In this document: positions 50,333 through 62,900 of the stretch, one piece after another | Position numbering within the stretch: the first letter of the stretch is position 1 | Layout of the letters: every line of letters starts with the position of its first letter | From: Oikopleura dioica | Lineage: Eukaryota > Animalia > Chordata | NCBI GenBank assembly: GCA_907165135.1 | Contig: OU015568.1 | Location: 4,526,001 to 4,590,000, forward strand | Length of the DNA: 64,000 nucleotides | Reading direction: 5' to 3' | Notes under the pieces: generated by a model | Database searches by the model: none | What the model was told of the DNA's origin: nothing | Seen by the model: only the letters and a program-made list of their open reading frames with translations | Made by a program: the position numbers and the translations under genes

Positions 50333-52069
50333 AACAGCAGGATCAACAACAAGAACAACAATGACATCAACTACTGAAAGTTCTCCGGGCGATTTTACCA
50401 CTGACTATTCCTATTTTGCCTCGGGAGACTATACAACTGACTCACTTGAGGATTTCACCTCTACTTCAGAAGAGACATCATCTTCTACATTTAGTACCTT
50501 GACGGAAACTTCAAAATCATCGACAGCATTTTCAACCGTTGCTTCAACACGACCACCACCCACTTGTCTTCAAAACACGGCGTTCGGTGACATTTTCGTC
50601 TGGGAAATTGCACCTGGAATGGACAAGCCATCTCCTTATTCAAATTTCGAGTATGAAATCGCAAACTTTGCCGGAGACACTCAAGATTGTCAGCGAGAGT
50701 GTGCAAGTTTCGCCGGCTGTTACAAGGAAAGGACTCTCGAAAATACATCGTTACTTTCTGATCTTAAAAATTATAAGCCGGAAGCACCATGAATGAGTCC
50801 AATAAAAGCTCCATCACGATTTTGACAACAATATTTGCGAGCTTCGTGGTGACGAAATTACTTTCTCAGGAGACGGAAATGACTATGCGGTTTCTGGGAA
50901 ATCTTGCGAATCCGGCTATGAGTGGATAGACTACGCTGTGAATCTCGAGTTTTATTGCCTTTTCTCGACCTCCCAAACTCCCGAGGATTTTCTCGCTATG
51001 CTGAATAGCTATAATCCACCTGGATGGGTTACTTACACATCTATTGGTTTTGCCTATTCTTACGAGTTCGAATTCGAATTGGCTACAAACGTACCTTGGC
51101 TTCAGCCAGCTGGGCCAAATCGGATTTGGATCGCATTCGTTGGCGAACTTCATATACGATTCGAAAATTTTAATTTCTCCAGAAAGCGCCGATTTGCCAT
51201 CCCTGAGGTTGAAGTTGACAGCGTCATTCAAGATGTCGCTGCCAACGCAACCACTGAGTTCCAATCGTCCATCGATGCCGGAAACGCTACTGTAGCTGTT
51301 ACAACAAACACAACTGTTGAAGTTGAAGAAGTCGAGCCAGTGATTGATCCATTGGATCCAACATCAACACTTGCTTCAACAACAACGAGCACTACCACCA
51401 CCTCGACAACTACAACTACAACTACCACGACCACAGCAACTACCACTACTTCTACGACCACAACAACATCAACAACCACCTCGACAATTACAACTACGAC
51501 GACAAGAACGACAACTTCTACGTCTTCAACTACTACAAGTTCATCAACAACGACAACAGCGAGCACAACTACCGTAAGTTCAAACTCTACTGGGACGATT
51601 CCTCAACTAGGAAGTCTTTATGACTGGGGATTTTAATCAGAGCATCTGATTTATTTCAATAATAATTATCATCTTTGATAACTTGTACAGTAAAATCTCG
51701 ACACAAGACGCTCTTGAATTGGTTTTATCTGATGCCGTGGCCGATCACCCAAACAACAAACTGAAAAATTTCTATAAAATCAAGGCTCGTTTTGGCTGGT
51801 TCAACGATTACGTAGAAACTCCCTGCGTCAATCCCGCCGGTGCTGGTCCAGGAAAAGGTCACTTACAGACAAACATTACTTTTTCTGAGCAAAAATCAAA
51901 GACCATTATAAAAGGAATCGCGCCAGACTTTGTTGAACCAACGATTTCAATAAACGATCCTTGCCTTGCCGCTGAAACTTTCTACAATGCTCTCCTTGGC
52001 TTCTACGATGATTTCGTCTGCCTTGACAGAATCAGAAACAGAGGAATCACGAAAAACGTTGACAATTAA
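50333..52069 (+). pseudogene. 5'-truncated duplicate of the PAN/SEA mucin gene with a premature stop
   Basis: Begins mid-repeat (homologous to 42954) with no signal peptide. AAC AAA has become AAT TAA at 52064-52069, removing the last ~20 codons; otherwise it is colinear with copy 1. Confidence 0.75.
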
Positions 52070-52880
52070 CTCGACCAAGCTAAAGATCTCTTCAACCGTA
52101 TCTTGAGGAAGACAACCTGTCCTTTACTTGTTTAGATAATGATAAGCGATTTTCTGTTATTATTTTTGCCTTAGCATGTTCCTGATTATCTATATTCTAT
52201 CTTTAATAAACAATTATTTATAGTAAGTATATTTGGCATTTTTCAATATTTTCGTCGAATTTCAGCCAGACTCGCTCCCGACCCGATCGGAGTCATTTTA
52301 CTTTCAACAGAGGACCAGTAATGCAAATTCTGCGCTCCGTTTGTGTAATATCGATCATTTGTGCAACCAAATCTTCCAGAATTAAAGCGCTCTCCGAAAC
52401 TAAAATTTTTCTTCATCACAAAAGCTCTGGAAAAGTTACCTGAATCTGGACTTGACAGGATCTTTCGGACAATAATCCTTATTGTTAGTTCCTTGCCAAT
52501 ATTTGAAGCCACTCTTTGCTCTGAAAAAAATTCAAACTCAAGTGCAAAAAGCTTCAAAGCTGACCTTAAACTGTAAGAAGACTGAAGGGCTCTTCTCGAT
52601 TTATTTCTTTGGCGCTCCTCACTTTCGAAAGTTTCAAGAAGATAAGCTCAAGTTCACTTTGAAGATTTTTTTCTTTGAAAATTTTCCTTGTTGATTTCAG
52701 GTGCAAATGTGGAAGATGAAGTGCTGATGCTGATTGAAAAGCTAAAAAATCATGAAAAATCGATTTCGTTTTTGAGCTCGGCATCCTGTGTAGGAGACTT
52801 GACTCAGGTTCCGAAAAGCTTAAATGAAAAGTCGCGTAGCGGCTTTTTCAAAAAGGAAGCCGCTTTGCAACATCACTATT
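50333..52880. repeat. Second copy of a ~2.55-kb direct segmental duplication (first copy 42954-45838)
   Basis: Colinear similarity runs from aacagca..tcaacaacaagaac to gcaacatcactatt and includes non-coding sequence. The length difference is explained by the hAT MITE in copy 1. Confidence 0.93.
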
Positions 52881-53019
52881 TACGTCAAATTTGAACTCCT
52901 GGAAAAGCCTCATCGCAGCTTCATTCAAAAAATCTGCGACGCGGCTTTTATTTGAGGTCGTTTGATACTGACTCAGGTTTTCTACACAGGTTGGCGAGCC
53001 GAGAATCTAGGCCCAAGAT

Positions 53020-53897
53020 TTTAAACACCTTCAGTTCTATCCCTGTATTCTTTGATATTGACAAATCTGTTCGCATCCACATCAAGCTCTTTCCACACTT
53101 TTGCCACATTCTCTGTCCGTCTCAGAATCCCAAGCGCTTGGAAAAACGTCCTCAAACATGCAAAAGAACTCGTTTTACCTGCATTAGCAGCCATCTCCTC
53201 TCTTTATCTCTGCTCTAATTTCCTCCGCTCTGGCTCCCGTAATGAAGCGATAGTAAGCTCTTCAAATAAAAATAAGAGATTGTTGCGCTGCCCAAAAAAC
53301 GGAACAAACTCGAGAGCTCTCCCAACAAAACTTCTGACGACTGAGACAGATTTCTTTCATTCGCCCCGCCCAGCTCAACCGCACTTGCTGGAAAACTAAG
53401 CCTCTGCGCTTTGTTACCATGAGCTTTTCAGTAGCATCAAGTTCAAGATACAGCCGCGCAATTTTTCGAATGAATATTTTATTTTAAGCTTTGCTCGGCA
53501 ACCTGTGTAGAAAACCTGAGTCCGGGTCAGAAATATCTTTGAAAATAGATTAAAATAATAAATTATTATTTATTTAATTCAAAATATATTATTTTTTTAA
53601 TTTATAAAAATTATTTAAATTATAATTAACAATCGATTAAAGCTCACGAAAGACTGCCGCCTGCTGCCGCTTATTGCCGTCTTGAGCCACAAAATACCGC
53701 CTAATGCCGGAAAGACAAAGCAAAAGTGGCCCTTTTTCTGATTTAGAAAGTCTGTTACTTCCACTGTCAAAAGCTGACCACACCCAATCGTAATTTTGGA
53801 GTACAGGCGGGAGGTGCACGTAACTCACTCTTGCAAAAGAACTATTTGCCGGTGGCGGTGGCGCGTCCCTTTTCTGACCGGTCGGCGATTGCGCCAA
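53020..53897 (-). CDS. Possible multi-exon gene ending in an EF-hand-like motif
   Basis: The last open stretch reads KVWKELDVDANRFVNIKEY (DxDxNxxxxxxE loop in a helix context). Linkage to the upstream ORF 53637-53897 is unproven. Confidence 0.25.
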
Positions 53898-54055
53898 TCC
53901 GCGCGCACTACGCCGCGCGTTCCATCATTCTTCGAGCGCTAGAATCCTTTCTGCTGAGTACCCACCAACCTCTTCAAGACATCACAATCAACATAATTTT
54001 TTCAAATCTTTCATTTTTCAAGAAAAAAGAGCAGAGAAAAGGAAGACGGCCATAA

Positions 54056-56674
54056 ATGGCCGCAGAAGGCCAAATGACTGGACAAACCATGGATCGTCTT
54101 CAAGGAACGGGTCGGAAAGATCATCATTTTTGTCCGAAAAATCCGCAAGGAATAGTACTAAAAAGGGGTTTAAAAAATAGCGCCATGTTTACTACACCGC
54201 CAGCGCGCTTTTTATGGCGCTGATAAGGGTTCAATTGACTGGGAAGTGCCGGAAAAAGGAGATTTTGGAATGCGATTATGAAGAATGTGAGAACATTCTT
54301 TCCGGGCTAGATTTTTTTCAGCATTTTTCTTGAGAAATTTGAGATAGAGCTTGTGAAGTGAAATGGAAGAGGAGAGGAAATTTAATGAAGAATCGGTTGA
54401 AATTGCCAGAGAAAACAGGGTAAAACTTTTTTTTTTTTAATTTTTTTTTTTTTTTTTTTAATTTTAAATTGCCAGAAAATTAATAACCAACCACAAAATA
54501 TGAACTGAAAGTCATTTATATTTTCTTGTAAAAAGGGGTTTGTCCTAGGATTATTGCATAATAATGATGTTCCATTTTAGAAAAGACATAATTGTTAGAA
54601 AGTCTCAATTTCTCTCGAATAAATCTAAAGACCAAGTTTAACCTCAAATTCTAAAAGGGCATCGTGACCGCCGACGTAACCGCGCTCCAAAACGAGCTTG
54701 CAGATTTGAACCAGCAACTTATCGATATTGAAATGCTCAAATCCTCGGCAGTCCAGCGCAATAGATTCGGGTTGCTTCTATTTTTCATTTGCTCGAGCTT
54801 TATTTCCACCTCTATCAACCCAGTACGAACAGGAGGCCAAAACGGCGCTAGAACTTTCTGCTGTTCCGACTGATTTCGGTCGCTTTGACAGCATTAATTC
54901 CCGGGAACCAATCGTGGGCGACCATTCCGACCCAGAACAAGACAAACAAGACCCGGAAACGGGCGAACCGATGCGACCGACCTTCAATTTCTGGAAATAT
55001 GAACTCTACCTCGACGACCTCAAAAGCATCGCCGGCCTTGTCCGATTGTCCCATTTTGCCCTGCTTCTGATAATGATGATTGCCGCCGTCGCCGGTGGAT
55101 CACCCGGAGCTCCGTTTAAGTTTCAGATCTTCCTCTGGCTCGCTGGAACTGCAGCGAATGCGTTTTTCTTGGTGAATGATTTTAGTACCAGCGGCGCGCC
55201 GGATCAACTTGGATGTAAGTTTATTCAACGATTTCTCGGGAAAACAGCTCAATTTCCCTCGCTTTATTCTAAAAATTCTCTCAGCCTTCAAATTCACCTT
55301 CGTCCGAATGCTCGCTTATTTCCTCCTCTTTCTCATCACCGTCATCACTTCCCTCGCCGCCTGGGGAAACAACGGAGGCATCGGGGCTCTCCAAGCAGCT
55401 GGCGCAATCGGTACCCTTGCTGGAATCTCGTTTGGCATCTCTGCATTCTTCGCTTATCAAGCTCACAGCGAGTATATGTCTGCCGAAGCAGAGCGAGAAG
55501 CTGAAGGTTTGTCCTCAAATCTCTGTTCCGCAACATTTGTTGAAAACCTGAGACAGGCTCTGAAATATCACCAAGGAAAAATCGCTCAGCGGTTTTTTTT
55601 AATGAAGCCGCGAAGCGGCTACGCTAGAATTTGAAAGTTGATTGAAAAAGCAATTTGGCAAAGCCGCTATGCGACTTCGTTTTTAAAAAAGCCGCTGCGC
55701 GGCTTTTCCTTGGTGATCTTTCAGAGCCTGACTCAGGTTTTCCACCATTTTCTTTTTCAACCTCTTTTCTAGCCCAGAAAAACTCTGACTCAAAAACGAA
55801 GGCAGAAAAGGAAGCAGAGGGTCCTCCAATCGATCGAACTACGAAGCCGAATACGATTTCCGGAAATGACTTTTCTGATCTTCATGGACAACAACACATG
55901 GTATGAGTTGGTTTTTCATACAGAAACATATGAAATTGATTTGATTGGATTATCGAAAAGATGGTCATCTTTTCGTTTGAATTGAAATCTCCTTGAAAAT
56001 ATTTTTTCCAAGGAGGGTGATTTCAACACACTTGCTCACCGCTCTCAGATGAATTCGCGCGAACTGGATTACGGTGAGCGCATTGGATACCGCGGTCAAA
56101 TGCAATACAACGAGCCGTACGAAGGGTCGCACCCACAGATTATGGATAATCCGCAGCCTCTTGCCACGCTCAGCCATCGAAATGACGGTCTTCAACGGGG
56201 ATTTCAGCAGGATGGTGAGTTTTATGATTATCTTCTATGATTTCAAAGGGAGTTGCGACAGGAACCGCCAAAAAATTTCGACAAATTTTGCACGGGTGGC
56301 TACTTGGCCTCTGATTGGCCGATGAGTCGAATCCGAGCATCTGATTGGTTGAAAATTTCCATGCAAAATTTGTCGAAATTTTTTGTCGGTTCCATACCCC
56401 TCCCCATTCTAAGTCCTTCTTTTTTGATCTTTCGTTGTAGATATGAGAGGAGATCCTTATGGAATGGACATGGACCCGTACGGGCGGGATTTCAGCACAC
56501 TACCTCGCGACCAAACTCTCGGGGTTCGAGGAGGCTTCGAAAGCCACGACAACACCGACCTACAGTATCCTCAAGACTTTCAAAACGTAAGAGATTCCCT
56601 CAAACCTTCCTAACCCTCTTCAGGACGCAATGATGCTTGCAAAACATCGAGCGGGTTTCGGAGATGATCAATAA
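54056..56674 (+). CDS. MARVEL-domain membrane protein with long cytoplasmic N- and C-tails (first exon tentative)
   Basis: YLDDLKSIAGLVRLSHFALLLIM followed by further hydrophobic helices ending AFFAYQ (MARVEL pattern). GT-AG exons continue in frame to a stop at 56672-56674. Confidence 0.72.
55545..55741. mobile_element. Composite palindromic MITE: CCTGAGTCAGG-type outer arms enclosing GCCGC-type inner arms
   Basis: aaaacctgagacaggctctgaaatatcaccaagg... is mirrored by ...ccttggtgatctttcagagcctgactcaggtttt, with inner aagccgc..gcggct motifs; it is intronic in the MARVEL gene. Confidence 0.85.
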
Positions 56675-58067
56675 TCAACAGATAAATCTTCGAAATGAAT
56701 GATGCCAAATTTCAACTTGCTCAAACTTACTATTTTCAAGCTCAATCACTGTACATATTATATGTAACATATAAAATATTTTCAAATGTTTTATTCTTAT
56801 TAATAATAAATAAATGGAACGTTCAAAATCATTTCACAGCCATTTTTACTTTAATAATTATGAATTAATAATTAGCGACCAGCCTGTTTTCATGCTGTTT
56901 TTTACCGAAGTAATATGCGGGAAAGAATTTTAAATGATGCTCTAATGATTTAAACAGGTAAACCGCATGGGAATGTCATTCCACTGGCATTACTGTCGAC
57001 CTATATAACAAGTTTTTTCTCCATCCAGTGCAGTCGAAAACCTGAAAGTGAAAAAACATGAATTTGAGCTTCTTTCTTTTTGCTTTGAGCTCTGCAAACT
57101 CTCTTGGCCAGTTTTCGGGCTTTGAGCCGCGATCTATCGAGGTAAACTTGAGAGAAAATTCAATGGTAAAATATGATCTGAATTCATATACAATTTAGAG
57201 CGAGGAAGATTTTTTCCAAGCGTTGTCTAAACTGGCGGATATGCGAATGGGTAAGTCTAATTACCGCGATTCTCAAAGCTGCCCGACCGAATTTCGCTGG
57301 AATTGAAATTCTTCCCGAAATGACTTCAGAATTGAAATTCATTTCAGTCTGAAGTTCAGAAAGTCGAAAAGCTGCCTGCGGCTCTCAGTAAAATATAACG
57401 GAAAAGCCGCGCGAAGCGCGGCTTAAATATTTTACTTGAAGCCGCAGGCGGCTTCTCGAATTTCCGTAGTTTTTTCGAAAAGAACCGGAATTCCAGCGAA
57501 AATCAGTCGGGCAGATAGGAGAATCGCGATCGAGTATAAAAGCATAAAACATTCAATAGAAAAGAAGCCGCGAAGAATTGTCATCCCGACACTTTTCTAG
57601 GACGAAAACCTTTTATTCTCAATTCATTTCTTCTCACTCAATAAACGCACATTTTATACATAAAATATTTGACAATCCGGGGCATTAGACAGAGAAATCC
57701 ACAGATAAATCCGTTATTTATGGCATTTTACTGACATTCTTCTTGGCATACGAGCGGTATCATCTTTTTCGATCCAGAGCAGTCTAAAATTGAGACAGAA
57801 AGGATGAAGATCAGCATTTTTCTGAGCATTTTTGCCAGTGCTTTTGGAAAGTTTCGAGCTTTTGAACCCCACCCAATCAAGGTAAGAAAGAAGCAATTTC
57901 AGAAACAGATAGGAAATTTTAAAGAACCAGGAAGATTTTTTCGAAGCCTTGTCTCATTTGGCAGATATCCATATCAGTAAGTAATCTTGTCAATTCTGAG
58001 ACTAATCGATTCTTAGAGCATAGACCGGACAAAATTGTCATGAAAACTCTCTTCTAGTTGATTCCTG

Positions 58068-58177
58068 GTTTTGGGGTCGGCAACCTGTGTAGAAAACCTG
58101 AGTCAGGGTCTCCGGCTTTTCATGAAAGATCTTTCAGACCCTGACTCAGGCTTTTTACACAGGTGACCAAGCCCAGC
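58068..58177. mobile_element. CCTGAGTCAGG-family MITE copy
   Basis: caacctgtgtagaaaacctgagtcagggtc...gaccctgactcaggctttttacacaggtg. Confidence 0.85.
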
Positions 58178-58236
58178 CCTGATTTCTCCGTCAATAAACA
58201 CAAAGAATAATCAGCAATATAGTAGCGTCTTTTTAT

Positions 58237-59034
58237 TTACATGCAGTAGGCAAATTCAAGTTCGTCAAAAAGATTGTCAATTTCGACAACCAGTTTTTGA
58301 TGCTTCTTGTCGAGTTTTCTGTGGTAGTTAAAGTTGTGCACGCTGGACCAATTTTTCAAGACATTCGTGAATACCAGGGCTTTTTCGCAGTTGTTTGAAG
58401 CTTCCATGATTGGGCTAGAAATGGTTAAAAGTCTGTGCTTTTCGAAAAGACTTACAATTCAAGTGCTTCAGTAAGAGCAAAGCCTTTTTTGATTTTCTTG
58501 TTGTAATCACGAAGGAGTCGTTTTTTGATGTAATTGACGTTGTCGACGATAAACTCATCATCAGCCCAGAGGGATTCAGCCCAAGAAGAAGTCAGTCTAT
58601 CCAACTCATCAATTGGGTCTTTCAGAGCGCTAAAAGATGGCTTTTCTTACTGGTCCCTCTTGAGTTTTGATTCAATACCTTGGCTCGCAGCAATATCGAA
58701 TCTGATGCTGCCCATTGCCCAAATCTTTCGACTCGAACCAGTCTGGAATCTCCGCCCTTGTTACCTCTCCTGATCGCGAAGAAAGCTCCTCATTCATCTG
58801 GTCAAAGGCGCCAGCGCAAACTGTCGATCGCATTTCTTCGTTCATGAAGTTCACCACAATATTCGAATTTTGAACCAGCGCGAAAGAATAAAAACGAGCG
58901 TTTTCAAAGTTGGACGGTTGTTGGTGAATGCTTGTGTCGAAGGCAAAATCGCAGGTTGCATTGTGGTCGGCGAGGAGGTTTTTGATTGAGGAGGCAAACG
59001 AGAGGCCTGCTCCGAAAACACAAATTATTTTCAT
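58237..59034 (-). CDS. Hypothetical secreted protein
   Basis: Signal-like MKIICVFGAGLSFASS, a GT donor after ...SGE, and downstream helical exons ending ...DELEFAYCM*. No family recognised. Confidence 0.5.
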
Positions 59035-59966
59035 GCTTTTTTTGTCAAGTTTTTTCTTAACAATAATTTTCCACGTTTTCAGACAGTGGGCTATTTATAG
59101 ATCGCGAAGATGTAAAATTTAATGATGGCGCTGCTTGAATTTCACGCTTTGAATTGAAGCCATGTTACATGGCCCATCATGAACATTGTTCTTTCCGGCC
59201 TTCGATAATTTTTTTCGAGAAATTAATGCACGCGTAGCGTCTTTACCGATCATTTTCTGCGTCATTTGCATATCATTTTTCTGCTTATACAACGATTAAA
59301 GGTCTTTTTTGAACGAAATTTAGCCCTAATTAGCTAACTGATTCGCTAATTATCAACTTATGAACATAAGCATTGCTCATTAAAATCTTGATTTATATCT
59401 CCGATAAACCCGGTTCATTGTGAATCGGAAAGTGTCAGTGCCAGTAAAGAACTCAGAAGCGCTGAAGTTCAGAAAGACTAAATCACTCTTTTTTATCCTT
59501 CATATTTTCCAGTATTCTTCTTTCTTCCATCATTTCGGAGGACTCACGCTTCTTTCCCACGCAGTCGGAGGAGCGCAGCGCACGCAAAAGAGAAATCACT
59601 TTCGCAAAATTTAATGAAAAATTCTAAAATTAGAATTCAGTAGCACTAGAATTTCTTCTTTCATGAGAATTTTAAGTACAGGAAAAATATTAAACAAATA
59701 CCGAGAGAAGAAAAAATAAAGAATTGACAAATAGAAAAATTATAATTTATAATCGATATTTATAAAATATCTCCGCTATTAGCTTGAAGCGTCCCTTGAA
59801 CTTGTCTTTTCAATCCCTTCTTTCTTGTATACGAGCCATCATAAATCGAAAATCAATATTTTCTGATTAACTACGAGTAGTCAACTCCCTATTCGCCTGT
59901 TTCTAAATTTTTCAACACCTCCTTTTTCTCCCTCTTCATCACTTTTTATTCAGAAAAAGTGCAGAA

Positions 59967-62900
59967 ATGAGCGATCCACAGAAATTAAAAGAAGAAGCAG
60001 ACAAATTAGCATCTTCCTCTGGCGGATTTCTTTCGAAGATCTTTGGGGGCGGAAACAAATTGGAAGAAGCATGCGAACTTTATACTCAAGGTGAATTTTT
60101 TACAAAATTGCAAAAAAGAAAACCGGAATTTTATTTTTCAGTATGAGTTCAGCAACTTCTGTAGAAAACCTAAGTGAGGGCCCCCGTTTTGGCCATTTTC
60201 AACTGGAAATTCAGCCGATTTGGGCAGATGAATTGGGGCGTATAATAGCTCTACGGATAGCCCAGGTGCTGATGAATTACCATAAGAATTTTTTGGGCAG
60301 AAAATTTCTTTTCGAGTTATCACTATATTCTGAAAGCCCGCATCAGAATTAGTGGATTCCCAAATTTCTAGCGCCTAATGACGTCATTATGACGTCATTA
60401 ATGATGATTTAAGGTTAAAAAAAGGCCCCAAATGATGAAACTTTTTAACCGTTTTTGACATGGATTTTGTTTGAAATTCATTTTTTTCTTTTTAGAATCT
60501 TGTTCAGCACGAAATACTGAACAATCACCCAGCAATATTTCATCGAACCGACCGGTTTTATTTTTAACCGGCGAAATTACCGGTCGGTTAACTACGATAT
60601 CGGACGGTTTAATGTCGGGTGATTATTCAGTTTTTCATGCTGAACAATATTCTGAAAAGAAAAACACGAATTTCAAACAAGAACCCTCTCAAAAACGGTT
60701 AAAAAGTTTTGCCTATCTTGATGATAAAATCATCTTTTCTGACGTCATAATGACGTCATCGGGCGCTAGAATTTTGGGAATCCACTTATTCTGATATGGG
60801 CTTTCAGAATAAAGTGATAACTCGCAAAAAAAATTTTCGGCCAAAAAATTCTTATGGTAATTCATCTGCTATCCGCTATTCTCTAGTACAGATAAGTTTT
60901 TTGCTCAAGGCAAACCTTCCACTAGGAGGCGTCAAAGTTCGAAAATTTCGAAAAAGGGCCATTTTAGGCTATTTTTGACTCGAAATTCAGCCGACTTGGG
61001 CTTAGATAAACACGATCTAAAAACAGATACAGATAGGATGAAGCCTAATCTTTGATTTCTAGTACAGAGAATTTATTTGGTCAAGTAATAAAAAAATTTC
61101 TTTAAGAACAACCAAATGTACCCATTTATGGCGATTTTTAGTGTTTTTTTGCTCTCTTGCGCCAATATAAGGCTGATATTTCTAGTGCGGTTATAATATT
61201 CTTTTCCAGTGCGTTCTAAGCTGTCGATTGACCCCTTATATGTCTTATTTCGATGACATTGAAAAACCGAAAAAACATCTGATTTTTACGCTAAGTACAA
61301 TTTACATGCATTTTTGAAATCTTTGAAGGCTTATATTTTGAGGAAAGATGTTCGTAAAGGGGTCAAATGATACATCAAAATGATCCTCAGAACACGAGGA
61401 ATCTGAAAATACCAAATATAGACCCTTATCAAATACTTGAAAAAACAGGGGGGGATCCCTTAAGGGTGTCCCCAACGATTTTTTTAAAACAGGCTATACT
61501 TTGAGCTATTTTTTAGAGGACTTCCTGAAGGCTTTTCGGCTAAAAGAAATATATTCATTATTATTTAGACCCTTTTCTATGCCATAAATTTGGCAGAATT
61601 TTGAAATTGTAATCTTTTAATCCCCTACCGCTTCTTCAAAGAGTTCTGATTTTTCTATTCTGACCAATCTTTGAGATCGTTTTTCTCGAGTTCTACAAAT
61701 TCAATTTTTAAATTTCGACCAGATCCTGATTCCTTGAACGCTCCTCTATGCCATAAATTTGACGGATTTTTAAAATTTATCTGTATGCATCAGATACGAT
61801 GCATTCTTTGAAGTAACGATTTTGCTGAAGTTTGAGCTCGATTCTAGCGCTGTTCCTGAAATTCAATTTTTCTCATTTTTACAGGGATAATAGTTTGATC
61901 TTTTTTCAATCTCCCGGTACGCTCAGATTTTGCGTTGATAAGACCCTTAATCCCTTTTCCGGCGCCAAAGTGCAGGTGTTTGCGACTTTTGGCGCACTGT
62001 TTGAAAGTGAAAAATTTGTGCTATCGTATTGATATAGGTATCATTGAATAGAGAATTTTTCAAGCTCTCAGAAAATATACAGGTCGATATATAAAATCGA
62101 AAGTTTGAAAATGACACTTTTTACAGTGCATTTCTATCGAGCCGTAATGCATTAGCGCTGTCAAAGAAACAGTAATATCTCGAGAATCAGATGAGATATT
62201 TCAGATCTGAAAAAAGCTCTAGAATCAGCTTCCTTTAATTAACTCAAAAAAATTTGGTCATCAGACTAAGATTAGTCGAATCCGATCATTGGGGACACCC
62301 TTAAAATGCGTTTTCTGGATCCTGACTCAGGTTTTCTACACAGGTTGCTGAGCCAAAATAAAAGATAAACTTGCGGTGATTTTAAAATGCAATTGAAGCC
62401 GCGCTCGTCGCGGCTCTTTTTGCTGTTTTACTCGAAGCCGCAAGCGGCTTCTCGATTGATAAACTAACGCCATTTTTCAGCCGGTTCTCGTTTCAAAATC
62501 GCGCAAAGCTGGAGTGACGCTGGGGAAATGTACGAGAAAGCAGCAACAATCCAGCTCGAAAAGCTGCAAAACCGCCACGAAGCCGCGCAAAATCTCGTCG
62601 AAGCTGGCAACTGTTGGCGAAAAGCAGAGCCCAAGCGCGCTTCTCATTGCCTCTCCCGTGCCATCGAAGTGTACATTGATCTTGGGCGGGTTAATTTGGT
62701 GGCGAAGCAGCATGTAACGCTCGGGGAAATTTGGGAAGCAGAAGCAGAAATGGCGGAAACGGCGATTGAACATTACACGAAAGCGGCGCAGATTTTCAGA
62801 GGAGAGGAGCAACAAAGTCAGGTACCGTTGGAACCTTTACCTCAAAATCAACAGCCATTTTTCAACCCTTGATGCCTCATTTTAGACCTCTATTCATTCA

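Noticed and set aside
53637-53897. Maspardin (SPG21)-like start WSAFDSG...GPLLLCL
   Set aside because: Downstream exons show none of the expected alpha/beta-hydrolase motifs (GASLGG, GGNFPY), so the resemblance is too short to support.
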